The position numbers and the translations under genes are program-made. From Heterodontus francisci (lineage: Eukaryota): 64,000 nucleotides of DNA. Position 1 is the first letter of the stretch; each line of letters opens with the position of its first letter. Below are positions 37,691-50,284 of this stretch, piece after piece. The stretch spans positions 79,903,198 through 79,967,197 of the forward strand of contig NC_090377.1 of assembly GCF_036365525.1 (NCBI RefSeq). Reading direction: 5' to 3'. Under the pieces are notes generated by a model, which did not search any database, was not told the DNA's origin, and saw only the letters and a program-made list of their open reading frames with translations.

Positions 37691-37791
37691 TTGGTAACTG
37701 GGTAAACATTTTAAGAAAAATATGTTGTGAACAGTGGAGAAGTGGAACTAGAAACGACAATGCACTCCTCCAGCCTTGGTTGTAATATAAG

Positions 37792-40500
37792 AACAAGGAG
37801 CAGGAGTAGGCAATTCAGCCTCTCGAGCCTGCTCCGCCATTCAATACGATCATGGCTGATCTCATCTCGGCCTCATCTCCACTTCCCTGCCAGTTCTCCA
37901 TAACCCTTCAACCCATTACTAATTAAAAATCTGTCTATCTCCTCCTTAAATTTACTCAATGTCCCGTCATCCACTGCACTCTGACCCTTTGAGAGAAGTA
38001 ATTTCTCCTCATCTCTGTTTTAAATCTGCTACCCTTTATCCTAAAACTATGACCTCTCGTTCTAGATTGCCCCACCAGAGGAAACATCCTCTCTGCGTCT
38101 ACTTTGTCAATCCCGTTAATCATCTTATATACCTCAATTAGATTTCCTCTCATTCTTCTAAACTCTAGTGAGTAAAGGCCTAAACTGCTCAATCGCTCTT
38201 CATAAGACAAACCCCTCATCTCTGGAATCAATCTAGTGAACCTCCTCTGAACTGTCTCCAATGCAACTACATCCCTCCTCACGTAAGGGGACCAAAACTG
38301 TACGCAATACTCCAGGTATGGTCTCACTAATGCCTTGTACAGTTGCAGCAACACTTCCCTACTTTTATACTCTATTCCTTTAGCAATAAATGCCAAAATT
38401 CCATTTGCCTTCCTTATTACCTGCTGCACCTGCATACTAGTTTTCTGCGATTCATGCACGAGGACACCCAGATCCCTTTGCACTGAAGCACTCTGAAATT
38501 TCTCCCATTTAGATCATAATTTGCCTTTCTATTCTTCCAACCAAAATGGATAACCTCACATTTAGCCACGTTAAACACTATCTGCCAAATTTTGGCCCAT
38601 TCACCTAACCTATCCATATCCATTTGTAAATTTCTTATTTCTTTATTGCAACTTACTCTCCCACCTATTTTCATGTCATCTGCAAATTTGGCTATAGTAC
38701 CTTCTATCCCTGCATCCAAGTTATTAATATAGATTGTAAATAGTTGGGGCCCAAGGACCGAACCCTGTGGCACCCCACTAGTTACATCTTGCCAACCAGA
38801 AAAGGACCCATTTATCCTGACTCTCTGTTTCTGTTGGTTAGCCAATCCTCTATCCAAGCTAATAAATTGCCCCAACCCCATGTGATCTTACCTTGTGTAT
38901 TAACCTTTTGTGTGGCACCTTATCAAATACTACAGCTACAGGATCCCCATTATCCACTTTACTTGTTACATCTTCAAAGAACTCTAGCAAATTAGTCAAA
39001 CACGATTTACCCTTCATAAAACCATGCTGACTCTGATGGATTGCGTTTTGACTTTCCAAATATCCTGTTATTACTTCCTTAATAATGGATTGTAACAATT
39101 TCCCAATAACAGATGTTAAACTAACAGGTCTATAGTTTCCTATTTTCTTCCTCCCTCCCTTTTTAAATAAGGGCATTATATTAGCATTTTTCCAATCTAC
39201 TGGAATCTTCCCTTCATCTGGGAAATTTTGGAATATTATAACCAATGGATCCACTATCTCCACTGCCACTTCCTTTAAGACCCTAGGATGAAGGCCATCA
39301 GGCCCTGGGGACTTGTCTGCCTTCAATCCCAATAGTTTGCTCAGTACTTTTTCCCTAGTGATGATGATTGTTCTAAGTTCTTCCCTTTCTATAACCTCTG
39401 CATTACCTTTTATTATTGGGATGGTACTAGTGTCCTCCACCGTGAAAACTGAGGTAAAATACTTGATTTAGTTTCTCTGCCATTTTTGTTTTCCCCACTA
39501 TTAACTCCCCAGTCACATCCTCCAAGGGACCAACATTCACTTTAGCTACTCTCTTTCTTTTTTTGTACTTATAGAAGCTTTTGCTATCCATTTTTATATT
39601 TTGCGCTATTTATTTCATAATTTACCTAGCTCTTTTTATTACTTTTTAGTATCCCTTTGTTGATCTTTAAAAGTTTTCCAATCTTCCAGCCTTCCACTGG
39701 CCTTTGCAATATGATATGCCTTCGCTTTTGTCTTCATGTTATCCTTAACTTCCTTGCATAGCCATGGATGTTTTTTCCTCCTCTTACAATCTTTCTTCCT
39801 CTCTGGAATATATTTTAGTTGCGAGGAATTCAATATCTCCTTAAACATCTGCCACTGCTCATCAACTGTCCTACCATTTAGTCTTCCTGCCCAGTCCACT
39901 AGGGCCAAATCTGTCCTCATGCCTATGTAATTACCTTTGTTTAACTCCAGAACGCTAGTGTGGGACTCCAGTTTCTCGCCGTCAAACTGGATTTGAAATT
40001 CTAGCATGCTATGATCACTCTACCCGAAAGGATCCTTAACTATGAGATCATTAATTAATCCCACCTCATTACACAATACCAAATCTAGAATAGCCTGCTC
40101 TCTGGTTGGTTCCACAACATACTGCTCCAAAAAACAATCTCTAATACATTCAATGAACTCTCCCTCGAGGCTACCCTTGCCAATTTGATTAATCCAGTCT
40201 ATATGCATATTAAAATCACCCATGATTATTGCTGTACCTTTCTTTTCCTTCCTGCCTATCCTTCCAAAATACTGAGTACCCTTGGATATTCAATTCCCAA
40301 ACCTGGTTTCCCTGCAACCACGTCTCAGCAATCGCCACTAAATCATACCCATTCGTCTCTATTTACGCTGTTAACTCATTAATTTTATTCTGAACGCTTC
40401 ATGCATTCAGATACAAAGCTTTTAAGTTTGTTCTATTATCAAATTTCCCTACTCTTGTAAGATTCCTTGGTGCAATATGGCGTTCACATGTTCTGTCCCT
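37792..40500 (-). mobile_element. CR1 LINE, most of ORF2 (APE endonuclease to RT to 3' UTR), decayed
   Basis: LYLNA..ETWL, MGDFN, KSPGPDG, NYRPVSLTS, GVPQGSVLGP, KFADD, RDLGV, LVRPYLEYC. Confidence 0.93.
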
Positions 40501-40503
40501 ACC

Positions 40504-41876
40504 AAAGCATTAATTAGACTGCAACCAGAGTACTGTGTACAGTTCTAGTTGTCACATTACAGGAAGGATATGATTGCATTAGAGAGGCTACAGAGGACAT
40601 TTACAAGGATGTTGCCAGAAATGGAGAGTTTTAGCTATGAGAAAAGATTGGATAGGCCGGGGTTGTTTTCTTTGGAACAGAGGAGGCTGTTGGGAGATTT
40701 AATTGAGTTATATTAAATTATGAGGGGCCTGGACAGGAAGGACCTATCTCCCTCAACAGAGAGGTCAATAACCAGGGGGCAAAGATTTAAGGATTAGAGG
40801 GGAGTTGAGGGGAATTTTTTTCACGCCAAGGATGGTGGAGATCTGCAACTCATTGCCTAAAAGGTTGGTGGAGGCAGACACCCTCATCGTATTAAAAAGT
40901 ACTTGGATATTGTTATGATCTTGTAGGGTTTTTTTTCAGGAAGAATGTGGTGTGCCTTTAAGGCTGGAAAAGAAACCGTACTGCTTTAAGGCAGCAAGCC
41001 CCAGAAACTCAGTCAAAGAGTGCATTCTTGCTGCCCGGCATATAGCCATTCAGGACCAGAGATCGAGCGATACATTGTTAGAATTCAATTTTGAACTGGT
41101 TTATCGTGGAAACAGACTGTTCTAACTCAGAGACATAGATAGACAACTGGTCCAGCAGGAACAGAACAGAGATCTCTGATAATTTAAACTGAAGGAAGGG
41201 ACGTTAGACTGTGTCAATCTTTTATCCCTCAAAAATTCTAAAGTCAAATTGATTCATTAAAAAGTGTTTGCAAGTTGTTAATTGTTGAAATTTATCGCTG
41301 GAGAAGGAAAGCATCACTTACTGCTGAATTAGACTATGGATTGTTCTACTGTTGAAGAACCTTTTCTTTTCCCCCCATCGGATGGCTTTGAGGACTTCAA
41401 GCAACCTTGGACTATTCCACATTGGAAGATTTCACTGCGGCAGGAGCGTAATATGCAAGGACTTTAATTTTTCTATTTTAAATGTTGTTTATATCTTAGT
41501 AGTGTTTAAGAATTTAGTTTTTCTAATTAAACAGTTAATTTGTTGATTTAAAGACACCTGGTTTGATTAGCCTCATTCGGGGGGCTTAATAGATGGTACA
41601 ATTTGGCTGGGTGTTTCTTTAATTTGGCAAGTTTAAGATATGTTAGGCAATCTATGGAGGGACGGGATTGAATTAACAGTGCATTTCTCCCACCACAATC
41701 AGAATCGTATATTTTGATTGGGGCATTGACTGGAGCGGTTGGTTGTAACAATATGCACTTGAAGTGCTGTAACCTACAAGGATACAAAGCTGGAAAGTAT
41801 AGGTTGGATAGCTCTCTTTTGGCTTCTACAGACACAAATCGCTCATTTTGTGCTGTAAGTTTCTATGATTCTATGA
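40504..41876 (+). mobile_element. CR1 3' fragment split by a solo LTR
   Basis: EYCVQF..LERLQRTFTRM remnants; sequence resumes in register at 41755; TTCTATGATTCTATG tail. Confidence 0.85.
40911..41750 (+). mobile_element. Solo LTR, 840 bp
   Basis: TGTTATG...TGTAACA termini; ATAT TSD at 40907-40910 and 41751-41754; cleanly interrupts a CR1. Confidence 0.85.
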
Positions 41877-42276
41877 AATAGCACTAGTGGGGGAATCCCT
41901 TATGCTGTTGAATGAATATTCAGTTGGAAGTAATTAAGTGAGGGTGATAACAGGACCTGTGAGGTCCAAAATGGCAGGTAGGTGCCAAACCAGCATGAGA
42001 TACTGTTTGATGTTACAATCTGCCCACTCTGCATGCTTCCGGCGCACGCATGGCATTACCGTGCTAGTATTGTTAAAATCATGGCACACATGCAGGCTGT
42101 GCTGCAAGTGGCCAGAATCGGTCTGCCAACATTTCTGGAGTTCCTGGCTTCCATAATGCGGCACCAGCAGCCCTAATTTCTTGGGCACACTTAAGTAATT
42201 GGAGTAATGTCCCTTATTTTCTGCTAATTGTGAATGCATTCAATCACCCTGGATACCAGAAATCTTTGAAAATTAG

Positions 42277-42924
42277 GGGGAGAATTTTATGCTCGTGGTG
42301 GGGATTTCAACGTCAGGGGAAACCGACACTGAGATCCCCGCGCCCCCTCTTCTACGGAAGGCCTGCAAAATTTAGTGCCAATCAGGCACTTAACTGAATA
42401 GCGGTGGGTCTTCCATAGGATTTAGGACTCTGTTGCTGGAAGTCCCGGTCTTGCAGGGCTGCCGCCCAATCAGAGGCCTGCAGCAGCAGCGCCTCAGCGG
42501 ATGCGGTGGCTTCTGCTGTAGCTGCAATGATCAGACACGAGCAGTGGCACTGGAGTGAGGTCGGCAGCAAGGGCAGTGGGGTGTCCCTCAGCGGCCACCC
42601 CCCTTCCCAATGCCGGATCCCTCGTTGAGGAGCCGGGAAGCAGCCCACACCATTTTTTGTGCTGTGCGGCGACAGGGCGGCCCACCACATGGGTAATTGC
42701 GGTTGCGGCGGGAAAAGCTCTTTATTGGGGGTTAATTACCCAGTTCAGGGCCTCAATTGGCAATGGAGGGTGGGTGCGGGGAAGGTCATTCATAGGATTC
42801 CCTGTACCAGACTAAATTTTGGCGGAGGTGGGTTGTGGCGGGGGAGACCCCGCCACCAACCCACCTGATTTTATGCTCTCCCCACCTCCAAACCAACCAT
42901 GGGGGAGAGAATAAAATTGAACCC
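42277..42924. mobile_element. GC-rich MITE
   Basis: Ends GGGGAGAATTTTAT / ATAAAATTGAACCC; internal CCAATCAGAGG and GGGCCTCAATTGG blocks shared with 9411-10060 and 59060-59760. Confidence 0.7.
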
Positions 42925-43110
42925 AGGTGTTTTGGCTGTAATCATTCTAAGTTTTCCTGAAAATCTTTAAAGAACTTTCCACTTGACTTCCAAAATAGAA
43001 AAAAGAAAAGCTGTTGCAGTTGCTTCCAGCGTGGGTTCAGTCATCAATATTGTGTATGCAACAACGTATTAGTTGCCAATGTATGTCACATCGCCTATTG
43101 TTGCAGTTTA

Positions 43111-43320
43111 ATAGGTAAATTGGCGGTTGTAAATAGCCCCTAGTGTAGGTTGGTGGTAGGAGAATGGTGGGGATGTGGTAGAGAATATGGGGTTAGTGTA
43201 GGATTAGTATAAATGGGTGGTTGTTGGTCGGCACAGACTCGGTGGGCCGAAGGGCCTGTTTCAGTGCTGTATCTCTAAAATAAATTTTAAAAATAAATAA
43301 GTAAATAAAAAATAAAAATT
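43111..43320 (+). mobile_element. 3' half of an HE1-like V-SINE with A-rich tail
   Basis: Matches about 37522-37690. Confidence 0.8.
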
Positions 43321-43797
43321 TACCAGACTGATTCTTGGAATGGTGGGTCTGACGTATGAGGAGAGACCGAGTCAGTTAGGATTATATTCGCTGGAGTTCA
43401 GAAGAGTGAGGGGAGATCTCATAGAAACCTATAAAATGCTAACAGGACTTGACAGGGTGGATGCAGGAAGGATGTTCCCGATGGTGGGGGAGTCCAGAAC
43501 CAGGGGTCATAGTCTAAGGATACGGGGTAAATCTTTCAGGACTGAGGAAAAATTTCTTCACCCAGAGAGTGGTGAGCCTGTGAAATTCGCTACCACAGAA
43601 AGCAGTTGAGGCCAAAACATTGTATGTTTTCAAGGAGGAGTTAGATATAACTCTTGGGTCTAAAGGGATCAAAGGGTATGGGGCGAAAGTGGGAACAGGC
43701 TACTACTGAGTTGGATGATCATCCATGACCATAATGAATGGCGGAGCAGGCTCGAAGGGCCGAATGGCCTACTCCTGCTCCTATTTTCTATGTTTCT
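43321..43797 (+). mobile_element. CR1 LINE 3' end
   Basis: GLTYEERPSQLGLYSLEFRRVRGDLIETYKML; CTCCTGCTCCTATTTTCTATGTTTC tail. Confidence 0.92.
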
Positions 43798-43826
43798 GTG
43801 TTACTGTGACTGGCATCTGATATTCA

Positions 43827-44425
43827 GGGTTGGATTTTAAGGAGCCCTTGACATTGGGATGTGTGGCGAGGGGGGGGGGGGGTGCCTGAAAATGGCCCCG
43901 GATGAGGCCTGCCATGGACCTCGACACTGGCAGGGTCCAGTCAGATCCACCTGGCTGCGGCGGGGCACCATGGCGCCACCTCACCACGCCGCTCGGTGAC
44001 GGGAGCACAACCAGCATATGCAAATGAATAAAATTATTACATTGACATGTATGTACCATTATTTTGATGTCCCACTGCAATCTTTGGGGGGAAGGGCAAA
44101 TAATTAATTTAATTGTTATTGTGGGGGTGGGAGAGGGCAAAAGAGATGTATTTATTTAATTTCATTAAATGCTTCTTTAAATATTTAAATATGCAAGTAG
44201 GGGTAATGGCTCTTTAAAAATGGTGTCGGTGCTTGTGCGCAGGCAGCTGACACTATTGCCGGGGACGGCCAACCTGCTCCCTCCATGTGATTGGCCGGGG
44301 GTGGGGGGGCCTGACCTGCCCCAGCTACTTAAATAAGCCGCCGCATTTGGAATTGCAGCAGCGCTTTGGCAGCCATTTTTTTCGCCCGTCGCCAATTTTG
44401 GCGGTGGGCTTATAAAATTCAGCTC
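43827..44425. mobile_element. GC-rich MITE
   Basis: Ends GGGTTGGATTTTAAGGAGCCC / GGGCTTATAAAATTCAGCTC. Confidence 0.65.
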
Positions 44426-45221
44426 CCAAAAAGCGGCAATTAGTAGCAAAAAATGGTCATTAAAACGGCATCAGGTTAGACTTGGTTAGTCTGCAAACTG
44501 TATAATTGAGATGGCCAAATATTGCTCAATGTACCTGGTGGCATATTATGGGGGCCAGTATGTTCTTTAAAAGAGGAGAATTGGGCTGAGAGGATCACAC
44601 GCCTTAATAGACAGAGCCTGCTAATTTTTCTTCCATTAATTTAATTCGTAGAAAAATCAGGTAAGCTGCATTGCGCATGTGTGATTTTCCCCATATTTAC
44701 CTTTCTGCACTAATGATAGTTTACATCTTGGTGGTACAAATGAAATCTACCCTGGGTGTTCTTTACAGGTCACCTAAAGTTTTGTACAAACTGTAGCAAA
44801 TTCTTTGCATTTTGGTCGGGATTATGTGCACAAAACATTTCACTTGGAGGTATCAAATAGATGGGGAGGATCAACAGAGAGCCCCTCATTCCACCGGTAG
44901 CAGCCTTATAAGTACAAGCCAGATGAAACAAAACTCCGAATCAGCTCCACCAGCCTCACCAACAAAAAGACAACTCATTTATATTATCAGGAAGGAGTAA
45001 ACAAAACGTATATAGTTCTTTGATTGTTAGAATATGTTATTCAGTCTTGTCACAGCCGGCAAACAAATTTCACTATAGTAACTCTCTAGAGCACACCCAC
45101 CAAACATTGTCATCCTCAAGCCCATATGCCCAAGGTATTTTGAATTGGGATGGCTCTGAGGATTCCTTCCCAGGGACATAGGTGACCATACAGACCTACA
45201 TATAATTAAAATATTTCATAC

Positions 45222-45370
45222 CGTCATCACTGTCTTAGCTTGTCCTTCAAACTCCCAATTAATCTTTGGAATAGGACGGCCTTTGACAATAGCTGGAATT
45301 CTCAAAGGTGCACCAGCATGGCAACTGAGGAGATCTTGTGCACCCAGTTCCAATATTATATCTGGTTCCT
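45222..45370 (-). CDS. TTN: Titin exon, N-terminal part of Ig A15, 149 nt
   Basis: acAG/GTATGA; EPDIILELGAQDLLSCHAGAPLRIPAIVKGRPIPKINWEFEGQAKTVMT; ends in phase 0. Confidence 0.92.
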
Positions 45371-45456
45371 CTGTAAATCATGAAGAAAAACATGTTTGTT
45401 TTAACCTGTAAATAGTATATTCTAATACTCTTAAGTGCTAAATCTAGAGTACTTAC

Positions 45457-45765
45457 CAAGAATTTCCTTCATAATTATTTCTGAAGTTGGCAAACTTGGT
45501 TCAGATTCCCCTGCAGCATTAACAGCTTTAACACGGAACCTGTACTTCTTGAGTGCCTTTAAGTTGCGCACCACATATTCACAGTTAGGAACTAGTTTAT
45601 CTGGCTCTGATGCTCTGGTCCAATCGGATGAACCCTCCTCCTGCATCTCAACAATATAACCCTGAATTGGGCTATGACCATCTTTTTCTGGGCGTTTCCA
45701 AGCAAGTGATATTGTATTCTTAGTTTTGTCAGTAACTTCAGGACAGGATGGAGCATCTGGTGGAT
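45457..45765 (-). CDS. TTN: Titin exon, Fn3 A14, 309 nt
   Basis: caAG/GTAAGT; KKYRFRVKAVNAAGESEPS. Confidence 0.93.
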
Positions 45766-46049
45766 CTTGGGGAGGAAAAAAAAATTCATACTTATGTTGA
45801 TTTCATCCATTTTCTGTAGTATGTTTGTGTATGCCTTTATGCTATTTGCTTGATTTGAACAGTGTCATAAAACATAAAATACATTGTACAATGTTGTTTA
45901 AGTAAATTAACATATTACCGACACATTTGTGATTGCATGTAGATTATTTTAGGAAAGGTTTATTTTAATTAAATTTTTAATCAATTACAATTCCTTTAAC
46001 TGTTAAGAAGAAACATATAATTGACATCCATGGATTGAATGGAACTTAC

Positions 46050-46479
46050 TTTTAGGATCAGTTGCCAAAACAGGATCAGAAGGTTCACTAGGAGGTCCAA
46101 CTCCAGCAGCATTTATTGCCATGACTCTGAAAAGATACTCAACACCTTCTAGCAAGCGTAGGACATTGAAGTTTAGGCCTTTTACTGCTGGCTTTGTTAC
46201 AGGAGCCCTGTTGACACGTGACCAATACACACCATCCAGCTCTCTCTTCTCAATATAGTAACCTGTGATTGCAGCACCACCATTGTCCAATGGAGGCTCC
46301 CAAGATACAAGCATTGAAGATCTTGTAACATCAGATACTTTTGGTTTACTTGGTGGTCCTGGGAGGCCAAATGGGTCTTTGATTGTCACTTTTTCAGATA
46401 CACAGCCATCACTAATTCCATACTTGTTCTCTGCTCTAACTCTAAATTGATATTCTCCATCAGTTGTCAGTTTCCATAC
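46050..46479 (-). CDS. TTN: Titin exon, end of Fn3 A12 plus Fn3 A13, 430 nt
   Basis: ctAG/GTAAGT; VWKLTTDGEYQFRVRAENKYG..LPGPPSKPKVSDVTRSSMLVSW. Confidence 0.93.
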
Positions 46480-46583
46480 CTAGACAGAAGAAAACATTGG
46501 TTACGCATAGAAAATTTGCTAAACTGTATTAAGAAGCTTATGAGAACATTAACTTCATGCAGTAATATGAAAAGAAACATTAC

Positions 46584-46774
46584 GCCATATCGTCTTTCAA
46601 TAATATAGTTCGTGATTTCCTCCCATTCAGACTTCTTCTTGCTTGCATCACGCTTGTCAACAATATAGTTAGTTATTTCACTGCCACCATTGTCCTCAGG
46701 GGCATCCCAAGTCAGATAGCAAGACTCCGCTTTGATATCAGAAATTTTAAGGTTTCTTGGTGGTGAAGGTTTAT
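46584..46774 (-). CDS. TTN: Titin exon, N-terminal part of Fn3 A12, 191 nt
   Basis: Not in ORF track; tcAG/GTAATG; KPSPPRNLKISDIKAESCYLTWDAPEDNGGSEITNY. Confidence 0.92.
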
Positions 46775-46898
46775 CTGAAGTTAAAAAAAGTGCAAATTAA
46801 ACCAATATTTAAACAAAATAGTCACTTTTTGGGAATTTATTATACAAGCCTCATATTATTTTCTCAAATTCGTCATTGCAATCATTTTGCTTTCTCAC

Positions 46899-47207
46899 CT
46901 AAAATATTAACATCCACAGACTGGGATGCTGACCCTAGACGGTTTGAAACAGTAATGGTGTAAGTATCTGTATCCTTTCTAACAGTTACAGGAATACTAA
47001 ACTTTGTGAATGCATTCATTCTTGATACTATTTCAGTATCTATCTTCTGTCGGTCAGTTGATCTTTCGACGACAGTCTCCCCTTTACTCCATTCGATTTT
47101 GGGAAAAGGAAGGCCTTCCACCTCAGCTGGAATGTCAACTGGTTCACCAGTTTTCACAGTTATACAGCCTTTCCTAACTTTCAGTCGCAGTTTCACAGTT
47201 GGAGGCA
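46899..47207 (-). CDS. TTN: Titin exon, Ig A11, 309 nt
   Basis: AG/GTGAGA; PPTVKLRLKVRKGCITVKTGEPVDIPAEVEGLPFPKIEW. Confidence 0.95.
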
Positions 47208-47347
47208 CTGTTAGAAAAATAAGCAAATCAAACAAGAACAAAAATGTTGAAAAAGTATGAACATTTGAAATAAATTGTACTTAAATTTTCAACATGAAAA
47301 GTTAGTTACAGGTCAATAGCACGGCACATAACTACAAATGTATGTAC

Positions 47348-47647
47348 CTTCATCATCTTGTACTATTACATTAAGAGTAATTGATGGTTCACTTTCTCCA
47401 ATTTCATTGACAGCTCTGACACGGAAATCATACATGTTTAGATCTTCTAGATCATCAACCACAAAAGTTGTATCTGGACAAACCCGTTGGTTAACTCTCT
47501 CAAATTTAGGCTGGTCATGTCTTTTCTTTTCAACAATGTATCCTAAAATGGGACGACCACCATCATTTCGTGGCGGTTTCCACTTAAGTGTGACTGTTGA
47601 CTTTGTCCGCTCTGTATATGTAAATTTCTCAGGCGAAGTTGGTGGTC
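47348..47647 (-). CDS. TTN: Titin exon, Fn3 A10, 300 nt
   Basis: Not in minus ORF track; gtAG/GTACAT; PPTSPEKFTYTERTKSTVTLKWKPPRNDGGRPILGY. Confidence 0.92.
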
Positions 47648-47732
47648 CTACAATCAGAATACATTATTAATTCAAACATGTAACATATATGAACAAAAAT
47701 TATTTAATTCTCCTGTTTTCCTCATATATTAC

Positions 47733-48026
47733 CTAAGGGATCAACTGCAGCTATAGGTCCAAGCGTATCACAAGGGCCACAGCCATATTTATTTTTAGCA
47801 CAAATACGGAACATATATTCCTGTCCTTCAAGAAGACCAACAATGTCACATTTGGATTTTTCTGTCTCCATCGGTTGTCTCCAGGAATGCATTTTAGCAT
47901 CCTTTCTCTCAATAACATAGCCAATGATATCACTACCACCATCATCTGCAGGTTCAGACCAGTTAAGTAGTATCATCTTTCTTGTAACAACTACAGGTTT
48001 AAGATCCAGTATAGGGCCAGGCACAT
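47733..48026 (-). CDS. TTN: Titin exon, Fn3 A9, 294 nt
   Basis: AG/GTAATA; VPGPILDLKPVVVTRKMILLNWSEPADDGGSDIIGY. Confidence 0.95.
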
Positions 48027-48123
48027 CTGAAAGAAAAGGTGGCATATACCATTTAGATTTAACAAAGGTACTGATGTAGAATATCAAACTATTTTATGTT
48101 TGTTTCTTTAGTACGTGTCTTAC

Positions 48124-48408
48124 CTACGATGTCCACTCGGGTCCATGCAGATTTGGTGCCACTGCTATTTGTACCAGTGACTATGTATCTGCCAAAATCG
48201 CTTCTTTGTGCATTTTCTATAATTAACTCTGTCTTAGTACCAACTGTTTCAATAACAACAAGTTTTTCATCAAGTTTTCCTTCTTCCTTGCTCCATTTAA
48301 TTACTGGAGGTGGTCGGCCTGTTACAGTGGCAGGAAGTCTAAGCGTTTCTCCAGCTTGTTTTAGAACACCTGCTCTTACGCTGACATCAAACTCTACTAC
48401 TGGAGGCT
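48124..48408 (-). CDS. TTN: Titin exon, Ig A8, 285 nt
   Basis: Not in minus ORF track; acAG/GTAAGA; PPVVEFDVSVRAGVLKQAGETLRLPATVTGRPPP. Confidence 0.93.
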
Positions 48409-48494
48409 CTGTAAAACAAGATGTGTTTTTATGAATGAAAAAAAAAATTGAAAAATATAAACCTATTACTAAGTACTTGCATAATTTTTAATAC

Positions 48495-48791
48495 CTTTTG
48501 GATCCATTACGGTTACAGCTTCAGTCTGACCAGGAGCTCCTTCTCCAGCATTATTGACTGCCACAACACGAATTATATAATCCGCATCTTCTCTAACCCC
48601 AAAGACTGTGAACTTGCGGTCTTTAACTAGTTTTTCTGTGCAGCGTGACCATTCCTTTGACCCTACAAGTTGCTTGTCAACATGATAACCAATAATGTCA
48701 CCACCACCATCGTAGATAGGAGGATCCCAGATTACATCTATTGATGTTGCAGTTGTATCTAGGATTCTTGGTACTGGTGGCCCAGGTGGTA
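48495..48791 (-). CDS. TTN: Titin exon, Fn3 A7, 297 nt
   Basis: Not in ORF track; taAG/GTATTA; PPGPPVPRILDTTATSIDVIWDPPIYDGGGDIIGYHVDK. Confidence 0.92.
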
Positions 48792-48893
48792 CTTAAACAG
48801 GAAAAAATACATTATTAATTATAAAACGTATAAGGGGTGCATTCATTTCTTTGTGCTTTTTAGTTTATCAGCTACTGTTAAGCCAGTACTTAC

Positions 48894-49193
48894 AAATTGG
48901 GTCCCGTGCTGTCTTGGGATCTGAAGGTAAACTAAATTTTCCAGGGCCAGCAGCATTTTCTGCACAGACTCTGAATATATACGTTAATCCCTCCAAGAGG
49001 CCTTCAGCCCGTACTTCCAGAGCATTTAATAAGTTTTTATTAACACGAGTCCAATGCGTGCTGTTAATTTCTCTTTTTTCAATCCAGTAGCCTACAATAG
49101 GGCTACCGTTGTCTTTTGGTTCTTTCCATGTAACAACCATGCTATTTCCAGTAACGTCCACCACTTCAGGTTTATCAGGTGCCTCAGGAGGAT
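48894..49193 (-). CDS. TTN: Titin exon, Fn3 A6, 300 nt
   Basis: AG/GTAAGT; VDVTGNSMVVTWKEPKDNGSPIVGYW. Confidence 0.95.
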
Positions 49194-49397
49194 CTAAATC
49201 AGAAATGACAAGGATATATGAATTGCAATGAATGTATCAACAACCCAACATAAAACAATATTTACAATAAAGTTGAAAACTATATATTAATACGGTACTT
49301 TTATAAACAATGTTAGTGACAAATAACATTTTAACATAACCTTTAAGCATTGCATCTTATATTATGATGATTTTGAGAATGGAAAGTAAAAGCTTAC

Positions 49398-49700
49398 CAA
49401 ATGGATTTTTGGCAACGAGTGGCTTTGAGACACAAGGTGGACCAGGACCAAATTTATTTTCTGCTGCCACACGGAAAATGTACTCTTTTCCTTCAATAAG
49501 TTTAGTCACATGATATTTGCAGTGTCTAAGAGTTGTTGTTACCGTAATCCAGCTGATTGCAGCTTTGGAATTATCTTTCTTCTCCAATATATAGTTAAGA
49601 ATTTCACTACCACCATTGTCCAAAGGAGGATCCCATTTACAGATGACAGAATCTTTTCTGACTTCCTCAAATGTGAAGTTGATTGGTGGGCCAGGTGTGT
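49398..49700 (-). CDS. TTN: Titin exon, Fn3 A5, 303 nt
   Basis: AG/GTAAGC; TPGPPINFTFEEVRKDSVICKW. Confidence 0.95.
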
Positions 49701-49813
49701 CTAGAATGCCAAATACAAAATTCATAAATTATGTTAACAGCAACAACAGTAAATATTTGTATTTTAGCAGCTTCCATTAAAAATATTATGAAAGAATTTG
49801 TGCAACATCATAC

Positions 49814-50188
49814 CTAGGACATTTACGTCACAGTTAGCATGGGCAATACCGTGATCATTTTCTACTCTGACAGTAAATTTTCCATAGTCTTTTCTGATGG
49901 AATCCCGAACCATTATTTGGGATTCTCCTGTTATGCTGTTGTCAACAGTTAAACGTTCTGGTAAACTGAGAGAAAAAGCCTCCTCCTCTACAACTTCCTT
50001 CTTCCTAGTTGGTATGACTTTTGCTATTCTCTTTTTGATTTCTTCAGGTTTGATTACTTCATCGTTTCGAAGCCATGTTATAGTTGGATAAGGAGAACCA
50101 GAAATACGGGATAGAAGAGCAATCTCGTCACCCCTTCTGACACTTAATCCAAACTGAAGGTTTCCAACAAGGAAGACCTTTGGTGGAT
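49814..50188 (-). CDS. TTN: Titin exon, Ig A4 with charged insertion, 375 nt
   Basis: AG/GTATGA; PPKVFLVGNLQFGLSVRRGDEI..DYGKFTVRVENDHG. Confidence 0.95.
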
Positions 50189-50284
50189 CTGTACAGAAAA
50201 GCAGAATAATTGTAAATAACATTGATCTCTTATTACTGAATTGTTCAATCATGAAATTGTTGCAAATTGTTTCCTCAGTTGGTA

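Larger units (their letters stand above)
36203..37787 (+). mobile_element. Solo LTR carrying two SINE insertions
   Basis: TGTTACG...TGTAATA termini; TAAG TSD at 36199-36202 and 37788-37791; AAGAAACCTG block shared with the other LTRs. Confidence 0.75.

Noticed and set aside
44860-45200. Possible regulatory or ncRNA element near the A15 donor
   Set aside because: No recognisable motif, fold or second copy in the window
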